Shown: positions 34,215 to 44,253 of the stretch, one piece after another
Layout of the letters: every line of letters starts with the position of its first letter
Position numbering within the stretch: the stretch's first letter is position 1
Assembly (NCBI GenBank): GCA_039810425.1
Contig: JBDHWW010000004.1
Coordinates: 56,410 to 120,409 of the forward strand
DNA from: Pseudobdellovibrionaceae bacterium
Lineage (GTDB): Bacteria; Bdellovibrionota; Bdellovibrionia; Bdellovibrionales; Bdellovibrionaceae
Direction of reading: 5' to 3'
DNA: 64,000 nucleotides
Notes under the pieces: model-generated
What the model was told of the DNA's origin: nothing
What the model saw: the letters and a program-made list of their open reading frames with translations, nothing else
Database searches by the model: none
Position numbers and translations under genes: made by a program

Positions 34215-34481
34215 ATGGAACAAAATTCTAGAGGACGTAGAAACGAAGTCGTAGGTGAAGTGATCAGCAACAAGATGGATAAAACTATCTCTGTTTTGAT
34301 CTTCAGAATGGTTAAACACAAAAAATACGGTAAGTACGTTAAAAAGACTTCTGTATTCAAGGCTCATGACGAAAAGAATGTTGCGAAAATTGGCGACGTG
34401 GTAAAAATCTACGAAACTCGCCCGTTGAGCAAAACTAAGCGCTGGGCGCTTAGCGAAGTCGTAGAGACGGCAAAAGGCTAA
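34215..34481 (+). CDS. rpsQ: 30S ribosomal protein S17
   Basis: [25 protein letters not shown]. Confidence 0.98.
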   Translation: MEQNSRGRRNEVVGEVISNKMDKTISVLIFRMVKHKKYGKYVKKTSVFKAHDEKNVAKIGDVVKIYETRPLSKTKRWALSEVVETAKG

Positions 34482-34490
34482 GGTGCAGTT

Positions 34491-34859
34491 ATGATTCAAA
34501 TGCAGACAAGACTCAACGTAGCTGATAACTCTGGAGCCAAAGAAGTATTTTGTATCAAAGTACTTGGTGGCTCTAAGAGACGGGTAGCTTCTATCGGAGA
34601 CATTATCGTTGTCTCTATTAAAGAAGCTCTTCCAAATGCAAAAGTTAAAAAAGGTGATGTGGCTAAGGCAGTTGTTGTTAGAACTGTTCACAAGCTGCGC
34701 CGTCCAGATGGTTCTTACATCCGTTTTGATGATAACTCTGCCGTTCTCATCAATGCTTCTAAAGAGCCAATCGGGACTCGTATCTTCGGCCCAGTAGCGA
34801 GAGAGTTGAGAGCAAAGCAATTCGTTAAGATTGTTTCTCTAGCTCCAGAAGTTCTCTAA
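34491..34859 (+). CDS. rplN: 50S ribosomal protein L14
   Basis: [28 protein letters not shown]. Confidence 0.99.
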   Translation: MIQMQTRLNVADNSGAKEVFCIKVLGGSKRRVASIGDIIVVSIKEALPNAKVKKGDVAKAVVVRTVHKLRRPDGSYIRFDDNSAVLINASKEPIGTRIFGPVARELRAKQFVKIVSLAPEVL

Positions 34860-34869
34860 GAGGTGTGAT

Positions 34870-35409
34870 GTGAATCGCTTACAATCTAAATACAAAAAAG
34901 AAATCGCTCCAGCTTTGATGAAAAAAATGGGCGCTAAGAACGTAATGCAAGTTCCTCGTTTAGAGAAAATTGTATTGAGCGTTTCTTTGAGTGAAGCCGT
35001 TCAAAACCCAAAAATTTTGAACACGGTAGTTGATGAAATCACATCAATCACTGGTCAAAAAGCAGTTATCACTAAAGCTAAGAAAGCTATCTCTAACTTC
35101 AAGTTGAGAGCTGGCATTCCTCTAGGTGTTCGCGTGACATTGAGAAGAGATAGAATGTGGTCATTCATTGATCGTTTGAACACATTGGCTCTTCCTCGCG
35201 TAAGAGACTTCCGTGGTCTTCCGAATAAAGGTTTTGATGGCCGTGGTAACTACAACATGGGCTTGAAAGAGCAAATCGTATTCCCAGAGATTAACTACGA
35301 CCGCGTAGATAAAGTTCGCGGTATGAATATCACTGTTTGTACAACTGCTAAAAACGATGCTGACGGAAAAGCTCTTCTTGAAGCACTCGGCATGCCATTC
35401 AGAAAATAA
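34870..35409 (+). CDS. rplE: 50S ribosomal protein L5
   Basis: [31 protein letters not shown]. Confidence 0.99.
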   Translation: MNRLQSKYKKEIAPALMKKMGAKNVMQVPRLEKIVLSVSLSEAVQNPKILNTVVDEITSITGQKAVITKAKKAISNFKLRAGIPLGVRVTLRRDRMWSFIDRLNTLALPRVRDFRGLPNKGFDGRGNYNMGLKEQIVFPEINYDRVDKVRGMNITVCTTAKNDADGKALLEALGMPFRK

Positions 35410-35423
35410 AAGGTTGGTGTCAA

Positions 35424-35729
35424 TTGGCTCGTAAAGCAAGTATTGAAAAAAATAATAAGAGAAAAGTTCTCGCTAAAAAGTACTTCAAGCATAGAGAAGA
35501 GCTTCGCGCTAAGGCTTTAGACATGAAGCTTTCTGATGAAGAAAGAGCAACAGCTCGCAAAAAGTTGCAAGCTTTGCCACGCGATACAAACGCTAACCGC
35601 GTTGTAACTCGTTGTGAACTTAGCGGCCGTCCACGTGGTAACTATAAAAAGTTTGGTCTTTCAAGACTTGCTTTCAGACAATTGGCCCTTGATGGAAAAT
35701 TGCCTGGTGTAACTAAGGCAAGTTGGTAA
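35424..35729 (+). CDS. rpsN: 30S ribosomal protein S14 (long, zinc-independent form)
   Basis: [24 protein letters not shown]; 101 aa. Confidence 0.98.
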   Translation: MARKASIEKNNKRKVLAKKYFKHREELRAKALDMKLSDEERATARKKLQALPRDTNANRVVTRCELSGRPRGNYKKFGLSRLAFRQLALDGKLPGVTKASW

Positions 35730-35739
35730 GAGGAATATA

Positions 35740-36129
35740 ATGGATACAATTGCACAATTTCTTACAGTAATTCGTAATGCAGGAACGGCTCAACACGAGA
35801 AAGTTGATTTGCCGGCTTCTAAAGTAAGAGCTGGTATCGCTCAAATCTTGGCTAACGAAGGCTACATCCGTAGCTTCAAAGTAGCTAAAGATTCTAAGCA
35901 AGGTATCATGCGCGTTTACTTGAAATATTCTGAAGATGGTCAACACGCGATCACTTCAATTGATAAAGTTAGTACTCCAGGTCGTCGCTTGTATGTAAAA
36001 GCAACTCAGATTCCAAAAGTAAGATCTGGTCTTGGCATGTGCATTTTGAGCACTAGCAAAGGAATCATGAGTGACAAGCAAGCTGCTGAGAAAAATCTCG
36101 GCGGTGAACTTCTTTGCACTGTTTGGTAG
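35740..36129 (+). CDS. rpsH: 30S ribosomal protein S8
   Basis: STPGRRLY, ILSTSKGIM, GGELLC. Confidence 0.98.
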   Translation: MDTIAQFLTVIRNAGTAQHEKVDLPASKVRAGIAQILANEGYIRSFKVAKDSKQGIMRVYLKYSEDGQHAITSIDKVSTPGRRLYVKATQIPKVRSGLGMCILSTSKGIMSDKQAAEKNLGGELLCTVW

Positions 36130-36136
36130 GTGAAAT

Positions 36137-36679
36137 ATGTCTCGTATTGGTAAGGCCCCAGTCATTTTTGACGATAAAGTTCAAGTGAGTATCACTCCAA
36201 AAAATGAAGTGATCATCAAAGGCGCGAAAGCTTCTTTGAACATCGCTATGCAGCCACAAGTATCTGCAAAGCTCGAGGATAAAAAAGTTGTTTTGACTCG
36301 CGTTGATGACACAAAAGAAGCAAAGGCTCTTCATGGCTTGTACAGAGCGCTTATCCAGAACGCTGTGATTGGTGTTACTAAAGGTTTCACGAGATCTTTG
36401 GAGCTTCACGGGGTTGGTTACCGCGCGAATGTTGCTGGTAAGAAGTTGGAGCTCTCTTTGGGTTTCAGCCATCCTGTGATCTTCGACATTCCAGAAGGTA
36501 TTGAAATTAAAGTAGATAAGCAAACGACTATCAACATCACTGGTGCAAGCAAAGAGCTCGTTGGCCAAGTAGCTGCTAAAGTTCGAGGCTTCCGTCCACC
36601 AGAACCTTACTTGGGTAAGGGCGTTCGTTATGTTGGTGAACATATCAGACGTAAAGCTGGTAAATCTGCTGGTAAATAA
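36137..36679 (+). CDS. rplF: 50S ribosomal protein L6
   Basis: SRIGK, GVGYRA, LGFSHP, RPPEPYLGKGVRY. Confidence 0.99.
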   Translation: MSRIGKAPVIFDDKVQVSITPKNEVIIKGAKASLNIAMQPQVSAKLEDKKVVLTRVDDTKEAKALHGLYRALIQNAVIGVTKGFTRSLELHGVGYRANVAGKKLELSLGFSHPVIFDIPEGIEIKVDKQTTINITGASKELVGQVAAKVRGFRPPEPYLGKGVRYVGEHIRRKAGKSAGK

Positions 36680-36691
36680 TTGAGGTGAGTT

Positions 36692-37063
36692 ATGATGAAG
36701 TTAAAGATGAGCAAACACACTAGTGAACGCAAACAAAACCGCCTCACTAAAAAAATCAGAATCAGAAAAACAGTTCACGGAACTGAAGAGCGTCCACGTT
36801 TGTGCGTTTTCAGAAGCGGTAAGCATATGTACGCGCAAATCGTTAACGATGTGAATGGCCACACAATCGCAGCAGCTTCTTCTGTTAGCATCGATACCAA
36901 GAACTCTGGTAAAGATCTCGCTAAAGAAGTGGGCATGGCGGTAGCTAAAGTAGCTTTGGCTAAGAACATCAAGAGTGTCGTTTTTGATAGAAACGGCTAT
37001 TTGTATCATGGTCGAGTTAAGTCTCTTGCAGAAGGCGCGCGTGAGGGCGGCCTCAATTTCTAA
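36692..37063 (+). CDS. rplR: 50S ribosomal protein L18
   Basis: RPRLCVFRS, VFDRNGYLYHGRV. Confidence 0.98.
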   Translation: MMKLKMSKHTSERKQNRLTKKIRIRKTVHGTEERPRLCVFRSGKHMYAQIVNDVNGHTIAAASSVSIDTKNSGKDLAKEVGMAVAKVALAKNIKSVVFDRNGYLYHGRVKSLAEGAREGGLNF

Positions 37064-37073
37064 GGAGTAAATT

Positions 37074-37532
37074 GTGGAGAAAGTTCAAACAGCAGCTGAA
37101 TTCGAAGAGCGCGTAGTAGCCATCAACCGCGTAACAAAGGTTGTTAAGGGCGGTCGTCGTTTCTCTTTCGCAGCACTTGTAGTTGTAGGTAATGGCACAG
37201 GCGATATCGGATTTGGTTCTGGTAAGGCCGGTGAGGTTCCAGAAGCTATCGGTAAAGCAAGCCGCGCAGCTAAAAAGAATTCTAAATCTATCTCTTTGAA
37301 AGAGGGCACAATCCCTCACGAAGTTATTGGTAAATTTGGCGCTGCTAAAGTTATTATGAAACCAGCTGCTCCTGGTACTGGCGTAATTGCTGGTGGTGCA
37401 GTGCGGGCAGTTCTTGAGTCGGTCGGTGTTAAAGATATCCTTACTAAATGTGTTGGTACCCGTAACCCGCACAATGCGGTAAGAGCTACCATCGATGGCT
37501 TGAACCAACTGAAACAGTCCAAGCAGATCTAA
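37074..37532 (+). CDS. rpsE: 30S ribosomal protein S5
   Basis: [26 protein letters not shown]. Confidence 0.99.
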   Translation: MEKVQTAAEFEERVVAINRVTKVVKGGRRFSFAALVVVGNGTGDIGFGSGKAGEVPEAIGKASRAAKKNSKSISLKEGTIPHEVIGKFGAAKVIMKPAAPGTGVIAGGAVRAVLESVGVKDILTKCVGTRNPHNAVRATIDGLNQLKQSKQI

Positions 37533-37557
37533 TTTCTGCAAAACGTGTAGGTAGAAA

Positions 37558-37743
37558 ATGGCAAAGACATTTGTTGTAACATTAAAAAAATCTCTCATTG
37601 GCACGACTCAAGACCAAAAAGACACAGTAAGATGTCTAGGTCTTAAGAAGATCCGTCAGAGTGCTGAAGTAAAAGATACGCCGGCTAATCGTGGCCAAAT
37701 CATGAAAGTTCAGCACCTCATCACTGTGGATGTTAAGGGGTAA
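37558..37743 (+). CDS. rpmD: 50S ribosomal protein L30
   Basis: [23 protein letters not shown]. Confidence 0.96.
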   Translation: MAKTFVVTLKKSLIGTTQDQKDTVRCLGLKKIRQSAEVKDTPANRGQIMKVQHLITVDVKG

Positions 37744-37745
37744 TT

Positions 37746-38183
37746 ATGAGTCTCTTGAAAACACTGGCTCCAAAAGAAGGTTCTAAACACTATCCAAAAA
37801 GAATCGGCCGCGGTATTGGCTCTGGTATGGGTGGCACTGCTACAAAGGGTCATAAGGGTCAACTCGCTCGTACTGGTGGTACTGTTCGCCGCGGTTTCGA
37901 GGGTGGTCAGACTCCTATGCACAGAAGACTTCCTAAGTTCGGTTTTAGCAATGTCGCATTCGCAACTGAATATGACGTTGTAAATCTCAGCCAATTGGCT
38001 AAACTTTCTGGCGAAGTAACTCCTGAAACTCTTCACCAGGTTGGTCTTGTTGGTAAGGGCTTGGTTAAAGTTCTCGGCAACGGCGAGCTTAAAAAAGCTT
38101 TGACTGTTAAAGCTCACAAGTTCAGCGACAGCGCAAAAAAAGCGATCGAAGCTGCTGGTGGCAAAGTAGAGGTAATTAAATAG
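37746..38183 (+). CDS. rplO: 50S ribosomal protein L15
   Basis: [25 protein letters not shown]. Confidence 0.99.
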   Translation: MSLLKTLAPKEGSKHYPKRIGRGIGSGMGGTATKGHKGQLARTGGTVRRGFEGGQTPMHRRLPKFGFSNVAFATEYDVVNLSQLAKLSGEVTPETLHQVGLVGKGLVKVLGNGELKKALTVKAHKFSDSAKKAIEAAGGKVEVIK

Positions 38184-39508
38184 TGTCGGCCGTAGATAGC
38201 ATCGCTAAAAATTCAGACCTAAGAAATCGCATTTTTTTTACGCTAGCGATGCTAGCGGTTTACCGCATTGGGGTTCATGTTCCAACTCCCGGTGTTGATG
38301 GTGGCGCTGTTCTATCCTTTTTCCAGGCGCAAAGTGCTGGAATTTTCGGCTTGTTTAACACCTTTACGGGTGGTGCGTTATCTCAATTCAGTATTTTTGC
38401 ATTGGGAATTATGCCCTACATTTCGGCATCCATCATTTTCCAACTTTTGACATCTGCTGTTCCATATTTGGAAGCATTGAAAAAAGAAGGTCAGCAGGGA
38501 ACTAAGAAAATCAATCAATACACTCGCTATGCGACAGTGATATTGGCGATCATTCAAGGTTATGGCATCAGCTCGTACCTGTTGCACTCAACAAGTCCTT
38601 CTGGTCAGTCACTGGTTGTTTCTCCTTATATTGGTTTCTTACCATTCCAAATCATGACGATCATCACTTTGACCGCTGGTACTTGTTTTGTAATGTGGTT
38701 GGGTGAACAAATCACCGAACGTGGAATCGGTAATGGGTCTAGCTTGATCATCTTTGTGGGCATTGCAGCGGCAGTTCCAAGTGGCGCACATAAGCTTTGG
38801 GAACTTGTCACGTCCAATGAAATGCGGGCTATCGTGGCTTTGGTGTTGTTGGCGCTAATGGTGGCGATTATCGCAGCTGTTGTCTACATGGAGGTTGCGC
38901 AAAGACGTGTTGCTATCCAGTACTCTCAAAGACAGGGTACAGGCATGCAGTCTATGCAAGCTCCAAGCAGTCATTTGCCTATTAAAATTAACTTCTCAGG
39001 TGTTATTCCTCCGATCTTCGCGAGTTCTCTTTTGATGTTCCCTGCGACGGCGGCTCAGTTTGTAACGTCACCTTGGTTGAAATCCCTTCAGGATTCTTTG
39101 AATCCTTCGGGAGTTCTATACAACATCATTTTTGTCGCTTTGATTGTATTCTTCTCATTCTTCTATACTGAGATCGTGTTTAATCCGAGCGAAGTTGCTG
39201 ATAACTTAAAAAAATACGGTGGTTTTATTCCTGGCGTAAGAGCAGGTAAGAGCACGTCTGAATACATTCAACGTGTGTTGGATCGTCTCAACGTAGCAGG
39301 TTGTATTTACCTTTGCGTAGTTTGTATCCTCCCAGGGATCCTTTCCAGTCAATTGAATGTCCCATTTTATTTCGGTGGAACTAGTTTGTTGATCTTGGTC
39401 GGTGTTGCATTGGATACAACTCAGCAAATTCAATCTCATATCTACACCCAAAAATATGAGGGCTTCCTTAAGGGAGCTAAGATTAGAAGTAGAAGGGTTA
39501 CGTTTTGA
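38183..39508 (+). CDS. secY: Preprotein translocase subunit SecY
   Basis: [46 protein letters not shown]. Confidence 0.99.
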   Translation: MSAVDSIAKNSDLRNRIFFTLAMLAVYRIGVHVPTPGVDGGAVLSFFQAQSAGIFGLFNTFTGGALSQFSIFALGIMPYISASIIFQLLTSAVPYLEALKKEGQQGTKKINQYTRYATVILAIIQGYGISSYLLHSTSPSGQSLVVSPYIGFLPFQIMTIITLTAGTCFVMWLGEQITERGIGNGSSLIIFVGIAAAVPSGAHKLWELVTSNEMRAIVALVLLALMVAIIAAVVYMEVAQRRVAIQYSQRQGTGMQSMQAPSSHLPIKINFSGVIPPIFASSLLMFPATAAQFVTSPWLKSLQDSLNPSGVLYNIIFVALIVFFSFFYTEIVFNPSEVADNLKKYGGFIPGVRAGKSTSEYIQRVLDRLNVAGCIYLCVVCILPGILSSQLNVPFYFGGTSLLILVGVALDTTQQIQSHIYTQKYEGFLKGAKIRSRRVTF

Positions 39509-40140
39509 GCATCATTCTTTTCGGAGCACCAGGAGCAGGTAAGGGCACTCAGTCGGCCCTGTTGGTCGAGAAGTTGGGCATGACTCAAATAAGCACTGGA
39601 GATCTCTTCAGAGCTGCGATTAAAAATAAAACAGAATTAGGGGTTCAAGCCCAATCCTATATGGATAAAGGCCAATTGGTCCCTGATTCTATTGTTATTG
39701 GAATGGTTGAAGAGGTTCTTAAAAGCGGCGTTAAGAACTTCATACTAGACGGCTTCCCGAGAACCGTACCTCAAGCCGAAGCTCTTGATGAGCTTCTCAA
39801 AAAACTCAGTCTTTCAGTTTCTAAGGCTATCTTCTTAGAGGTGCCTAGAGGAGAACTGATGAGTCGTTTGACAGGCAGACGGGTATGTAAAAATTGCGGG
39901 GCAGTCTACCACATAGTTAATAGACCTTCTAAGGCAGAAGGTCTTTGTGACAACTGTGGCGGCCAGGTAGTTCAGCGCAATGACGATAAGACAGAGGTCG
40001 TCGGAGCGCGATTAGATGTTTACGATCAGTATACTAGTCCATTGAAGGACTATTATACAAAGGCTCGCAAATACGTTGAAGTAAACGGTAATAGAGATAC
40101 TGAGACGGTTTTTTCAGATATTAAGAAGTTAATCTCTTAG
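39505..40140 (+). CDS. adk: Adenylate kinase (zinc-binding lid)
   Basis: [24 protein letters not shown], lid CKNC...CDNC. Confidence 0.98.
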   Translation: MSIILFGAPGAGKGTQSALLVEKLGMTQISTGDLFRAAIKNKTELGVQAQSYMDKGQLVPDSIVIGMVEEVLKSGVKNFILDGFPRTVPQAEALDELLKKLSLSVSKAIFLEVPRGELMSRLTGRRVCKNCGAVYHIVNRPSKAEGLCDNCGGQVVQRNDDKTEVVGARLDVYDQYTSPLKDYYTKARKYVEVNGNRDTETVFSDIKKLIS

Positions 40141-40165
40141 AAACTGAAAATACTGGAAAATACCC

Positions 40166-40194
40166 TAGACAAGGGGTGGGCTCAATGTTACGTT
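40166..40194 (+). promoter_or_regulatory. Putative promoter for the rpmJ-alpha operon
   Basis: TAGACA-17 nt-TACGTT with an extended -10 TG. Confidence 0.45.
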
Positions 40195-40268
40195 TCCGGA
40201 CCGCATTTGTGTTTATGTGTGTTTGATTCGAGGGCTTTTTTGCTCTCAGTACAGACGTGGGAATAAGT

Positions 40269-40382
40269 ATGAAAGTTAGACCATCAGTAAAAGCAATCTG
40301 TAATAAATGTAAGATTATTAAAAGAAAAGGCGTGATTCGCGTAATTTGCGAAAACCCTAAACATAAGCAAAGGCAGGGCTAA
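40269..40382 (+). CDS. rpmJ: 50S ribosomal protein L36 (zinc-ribbon form); missed by the ORF track
   Basis: Hand translation [37 protein letters not shown]. Confidence 0.98.
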   Translation: MKVRPSVKAICNKCKIIKRKGVIRVICENPKHKQRQG

Positions 40383-40384
40383 TC

Positions 40385-40759
40385 ATGGCACGTCTACTCG
40401 GTGTCGATTTACCTAGAAATAAGCGCGTTGAAATTGCATTGACCTATATCTACGGTATTGGTCGTCCTCGTGCTCGTAAGCTTATTAAAGAAGCAGGTAT
40501 TCCTCAAAATTTGAGAACTGAAGGCCTGACTGACGAACAAATCGCTAAGTTGCGTTCTATCATCGAATCAAGCTTCAAGGTTGAGGGTGACCTCCGTCGT
40601 GAAATTGGTCTAGCTATTAAGCGTTTGATGGATTTGAACTGCTACCGCGGTATTCGCCATCGCAAAGGCTTACCAGTTCGTGGTCAGAATACACGCTCTA
40701 ATGCGCGTACTCGTAAAGGACCTAAGAAGACCGTGGCTAACAAGAAAAAAGCCGTATAG
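40385..40759 (+). CDS. rpsM: 30S ribosomal protein S13
   Basis: [24 protein letters not shown]. Confidence 0.99.
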   Translation: MARLLGVDLPRNKRVEIALTYIYGIGRPRARKLIKEAGIPQNLRTEGLTDEQIAKLRSIIESSFKVEGDLRREIGLAIKRLMDLNCYRGIRHRKGLPVRGQNTRSNARTRKGPKKTVANKKKAV

Positions 40760-40773
40760 TTAGGATGAATTAA

Positions 40774-41169
40774 ATGAATACAGTTGAAAAAAAGCCTGTT
40801 GTTAAAAAGAAAGTTAAAAGAAACGTTCCTCAAGGGAACTGCTATATCCAAGCTGGTTTCGGTAATGTTATCGTAACTATCACGGATCCAAATGGTGACA
40901 CGGTTTCTTGGTCATCTGCTGGTCACTTGGGTTTCAAAGGTAGCCGTAAAGGCACTCCTTTCGCAGCTCAAGTTGCGGCAGAAGATGCAGCAAAAAAAGC
41001 TATGGAAGCTGGTATGAAATCTTTGGATGTTTATCTCAAAGGTCCAGGTGCAGGTCGTGAGCCAGCTATCAGAGCTTTGGCTGCAACAGGCATGAGAATC
41101 CTGACCCTCAAAGACGTTACTCCCGTTCCACACAACGGTTGCCGTCCACCTAAGCGTAGAAGAATCTAA
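40774..41169 (+). CDS. rpsK: 30S ribosomal protein S11
   Basis: [31 protein letters not shown]. Confidence 0.99.
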   Translation: MNTVEKKPVVKKKVKRNVPQGNCYIQAGFGNVIVTITDPNGDTVSWSSAGHLGFKGSRKGTPFAAQVAAEDAAKKAMEAGMKSLDVYLKGPGAGREPAIRALAATGMRILTLKDVTPVPHNGCRPPKRRRI

Positions 41170-41180
41170 GGAGATTTGTC

Positions 41181-41807
41181 GTGAGCTGCATTAATCAAGG
41201 CGTGTGTAAACTCTGCCGTCGCGAAAATATGAAGTTATTCCTTAAGGGTGACCGTTGCTACACTGATAAGTGTGCGTTTGAGCGTCGTCCTTATCCTCCA
41301 GGCCAACACGGACAATCTCGTTTGAAGTTCTCCGAGTTCGCTCTTCAATTGCGCGAAAAACAAAAAACAAAAAGATTCTATGGTGTTTCTGAAAGCCAAT
41401 TTGTGAAATACGTTAAAGAAGCGAATCGTTCTAAAGAATTGACTGGAACAGCGCTTCTTAAAAATCTCGAGATGAGATTGGATAATGTAGTTTACGCGTT
41501 GGGCTATGCAAATTCCCGTCGTGAAGCTAGACAACTTGTTAAGCACAATCACTTCCTCTTGAATGGCAAGAGAGCCAATATTCCAAGTATGATGGTTCAA
41601 AAAGGTGATGTGATCCAAGTGACTGAAGCAAGCAAAGAAGTGGTTAAAATCCAAGCAGCTATGCAATCGGTAGCTCGCAGATCTGTACCATCTTGGCTTG
41701 AAGCTGATCATGCAAACTTCAAAGGGGTTGTAAAAGACTCTCCAGTGAGAGACGATGTTACACTTCAAGTAGAAGAAAACATGATCGTAGAATACTACTC
41801 AAGATAA
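41181..41807 (+). CDS. rpsD: 30S ribosomal protein S4 (zinc-binding form)
   Basis: CKLCRRE...C...C, PPGQHG, LEMRLDNVVY, IVEYYSR. Confidence 0.99.
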   Translation: MSCINQGVCKLCRRENMKLFLKGDRCYTDKCAFERRPYPPGQHGQSRLKFSEFALQLREKQKTKRFYGVSESQFVKYVKEANRSKELTGTALLKNLEMRLDNVVYALGYANSRREARQLVKHNHFLLNGKRANIPSMMVQKGDVIQVTEASKEVVKIQAAMQSVARRSVPSWLEADHANFKGVVKDSPVRDDVTLQVEENMIVEYYSR

Positions 41808-41827
41808 TTTAGATCGCAGGGGAGCTT

Positions 41828-42856
41828 ATGCAAGAGCATTATTATAAATTCTGGAGAGAAATGATCAAACCTAAAGGTTTTGAGGTTGATCGTGAGACTC
41901 TTCGTGATGACTACGCAAAATTTATTATTCGCCCTCTCGAAAGAGGCTTTGGCGTAACTCTTGGCAACTCTTTAAGAAGAATTCTTTTGAGCTCAATGAT
42001 GGGATCTGCCATCACTGCAGTTAAATTCGAAGGAGTTCTTCACGAGTTCACCACTATCACTGACGTTCTTGAGGACGTGACTGATATTATTCTGAACCTT
42101 AAACAAGTTCGGTTCCGCCAGTACACTAGCGATAGCCTTACTTTGAAGATCTCTAAAAAAGGTCCAGGCAAAGTGACTGCTGCTGATATTCAAACTTCTG
42201 ACAAAGTTGAAGTTTTGAATCCAGACCAGCACATCGCTACTTTAGGTGCAAACGCGAATTTCAACGCTGAGATCATCGTTGAGTTTGGTCGTGGTTATGT
42301 TCCTACGGAAAACAGAGAAAAAGAGTTTCCGGTAGGCTATGTCGGCGTTGACGCTCTTTATAGCCCGATCAGCAAGGTTAACTACAGCGTTTCCAATGCT
42401 CGTGTTGGTCAAAGAACTGACTACGATGCTTTGACTTTGGAAGTATGGACCGACGGTTCTTTGAAGCCTGAAGAGGCAGTTGCCCTTTCATCTAAAATCA
42501 TGAAAGAGCAACTCCAAATTTTCCTTACTTTCGATGAAACAATGGAGCCTTCTGAAGAAACTAGAGATTCTTCATCTCCTACATTGAATGAAAACCTCTT
42601 CAGATCAGTTGATGACCTCGAACTTTCTGTTCGTAGTGCTAACTGCTTGAAGAATGCGAATATCCGTTACATCGGTGAGTTGGTTGTACGTTCTGAAGCT
42701 GAAATGCTTAAAACTAAGAACTTCGGTCGCAAGTCTTTGAATGAAATCAAAGAAATTTTGTCTGAAATGGGTCTTGGCTTAGGTATGAAGATCGAAGGAT
42801 GGCCACCTCCAGGATGGGATCCTAACCAGCCACCTCAAAAGAGAGAAGCTCAGTAA
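41828..42856 (+). CDS. rpoA: RNA polymerase alpha subunit
   Basis: [42 protein letters not shown]. Confidence 0.99.
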   Translation: MQEHYYKFWREMIKPKGFEVDRETLRDDYAKFIIRPLERGFGVTLGNSLRRILLSSMMGSAITAVKFEGVLHEFTTITDVLEDVTDIILNLKQVRFRQYTSDSLTLKISKKGPGKVTAADIQTSDKVEVLNPDQHIATLGANANFNAEIIVEFGRGYVPTENREKEFPVGYVGVDALYSPISKVNYSVSNARVGQRTDYDALTLEVWTDGSLKPEEAVALSSKIMKEQLQIFLTFDETMEPSEETRDSSSPTLNENLFRSVDDLELSVRSANCLKNANIRYIGELVVRSEAEMLKTKNFGRKSLNEIKEILSEMGLGLGMKIEGWPPPGWDPNQPPQKREAQ

Positions 42857-42875
42857 TATTTCTCGGAGTTAAAAA

Positions 42876-43409
42876 ATGAGTTCACACAGAAGAAGAGTTA
42901 AAACATTCAGTCGTAAATCGGGTCCTCGTAAGGCTTTGTTGAGAGGCATTATGAGCTCACTTGTTGAGCACGGACGTATTACTACGACTGTAGACAGAGC
43001 AAAAGAAGTTAGAAGACATATCGAAAAGGCGATCACTCTTGGTAAAAAGGGTGACTTAGCTACTCGTCGTTTGCTCCTTTCTAGAATTCCAAACCAAGAT
43101 GTTGTAAACACAATTGTGACTGACTTGTCAGTTCGCTTTAAAACTCGTCCAGGTGGATACACTCGCATCATCAAAATCGGACGTCGTCCGGGCGATACTG
43201 CTGAGATGGCTTTCTTGGAATTCGTAGATTACGATTTTGAGGCTAAGACTGCTGATAAAACTGCTAAAGAAACTGCAGCTAAAGCAGATGAAAAAGGTGC
43301 TAAGAAAACTGTAGCTAAAGCTAAGAAAGCTTCAGCGAAGTTGGTAGCAGCTAAGAAGAAATCAGTTAAAAAGATCCAGAAGAAAAATAGAACTGCGGCA
43401 AGAGCTTAG
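42876..43409 (+). CDS. rplQ: 50S ribosomal protein L17 with Lys/Ala-rich C-terminal extension
   Basis: RITTTVDRAKE, RPGGYTRIIK, RPGDTAEMA. Confidence 0.97.
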   Translation: MSSHRRRVKTFSRKSGPRKALLRGIMSSLVEHGRITTTVDRAKEVRRHIEKAITLGKKGDLATRRLLLSRIPNQDVVNTIVTDLSVRFKTRPGGYTRIIKIGRRPGDTAEMAFLEFVDYDFEAKTADKTAKETAAKADEKGAKKTVAKAKKASAKLVAAKKKSVKKIQKKNRTAARA

Positions 43410-43445
43410 TTTTAGCTCCCAATCTTTTTAAAAATGATTAACATG

Positions 43446-43477
43446 AAGCCTAGGGGAACCTGGGCTTTTTGTTTTTT
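43446..43477 (+). terminator. Intrinsic terminator of the alpha operon
   Basis: AAGCCTAGG-ggaa-CCTGGGCTT followed by a T run. Confidence 0.75.
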
Positions 43478-43495
43478 AATCCCCGAGAGGGACGT

Positions 43496-44152
43496 ATGAA
43501 TAAACATCTCAAAGCATTACTAATTGTTGGTGGTTTGGCCGTTCTTATTGTTGTCGCTGTTTTAGCGTATAAAGGGCGCAATCGCATGGATGCTGAAGCA
43601 GATCCCGGGGCCATTGCTCGGAAGCTGGTTCAGTTGAAAGAGCCGCTTCCTCCCTTCAGAGCAAAAACTTTAGATGGGAAAGACATTCAGCTTTCTCAAT
43701 TCAAAGGAAAAGTTGTCGTCGTGAATTTCTGGGCATCTTGGTGTGGGCCTTGTGTTGAAGAAGTGCCTTCACTGATTAAGCTGCTTAAGACTTTTCCGAA
43801 TGAACTAGAGCTTATTGCGATATCTGGGGACTCAAACCAGGCTGATATTGATAGCTTTATGAAGTCGTTCCCGGAAATGACGACCCTGCCTAATATTCAT
43901 GTGGTTTGGGATGCGGATAAGAGCCTTTCGCAAAAGTATCAGATCTACCGTCTGCCGGAATCTTTCTTACTTAATAAGGATCTAAAGTTGATTAAGAAGA
44001 TCTCCGGAACAATCGACTGGCATACTGAAGATGCCATTGCCTATATTAAGCAAGTTCTGTCCGGAGTCGAGCCATCAATAGCAGTTCCTGCAGTAGAGAC
44101 TGGGGCCTCCCAGGGTGAAGACTCAGGGAAAATCCCCGAAGACCAAAACTAG
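43496..44152 (+). CDS. Membrane-anchored TlpA/ResA-like thiol-disulfide oxidoreductase
   Basis: N-terminal TM; NFWASWCGPCVEEVP; LPESF cis-Pro motif. Confidence 0.88.
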   Translation: MNKHLKALLIVGGLAVLIVVAVLAYKGRNRMDAEADPGAIARKLVQLKEPLPPFRAKTLDGKDIQLSQFKGKVVVVNFWASWCGPCVEEVPSLIKLLKTFPNELELIAISGDSNQADIDSFMKSFPEMTTLPNIHVVWDADKSLSQKYQIYRLPESFLLNKDLKLIKKISGTIDWHTEDAIAYIKQVLSGVEPSIAVPAVETGASQGEDSGKIPEDQN

Positions 44153-44160
44153 TCTAAGAT

Positions 44161-44196
44161 TTCTTAGGTGCCGTTTTAGCAAACTGCACCTAAGAA
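44161..44196. terminator. Hairpin between convergent genes (possible bidirectional terminator)
   Basis: TTCTTAGGTGC...GCACCTAAGAA 11-bp inverted repeat. Confidence 0.5.
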
Positions 44197-44253
44197 GAGT
44201 GTCGCTACCACGCCTTTTTGGGCAACCCCTTGCCTTATTGGGAAGGGGGGAAA

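Noticed and set aside
33732..34820. 362-aa antisense ORF, and many similar antisense ORFs over rpoBC and the ribosomal genes
   Set aside because: Shadow frames of strongly codon-biased, conserved genes; no motifs or RBS
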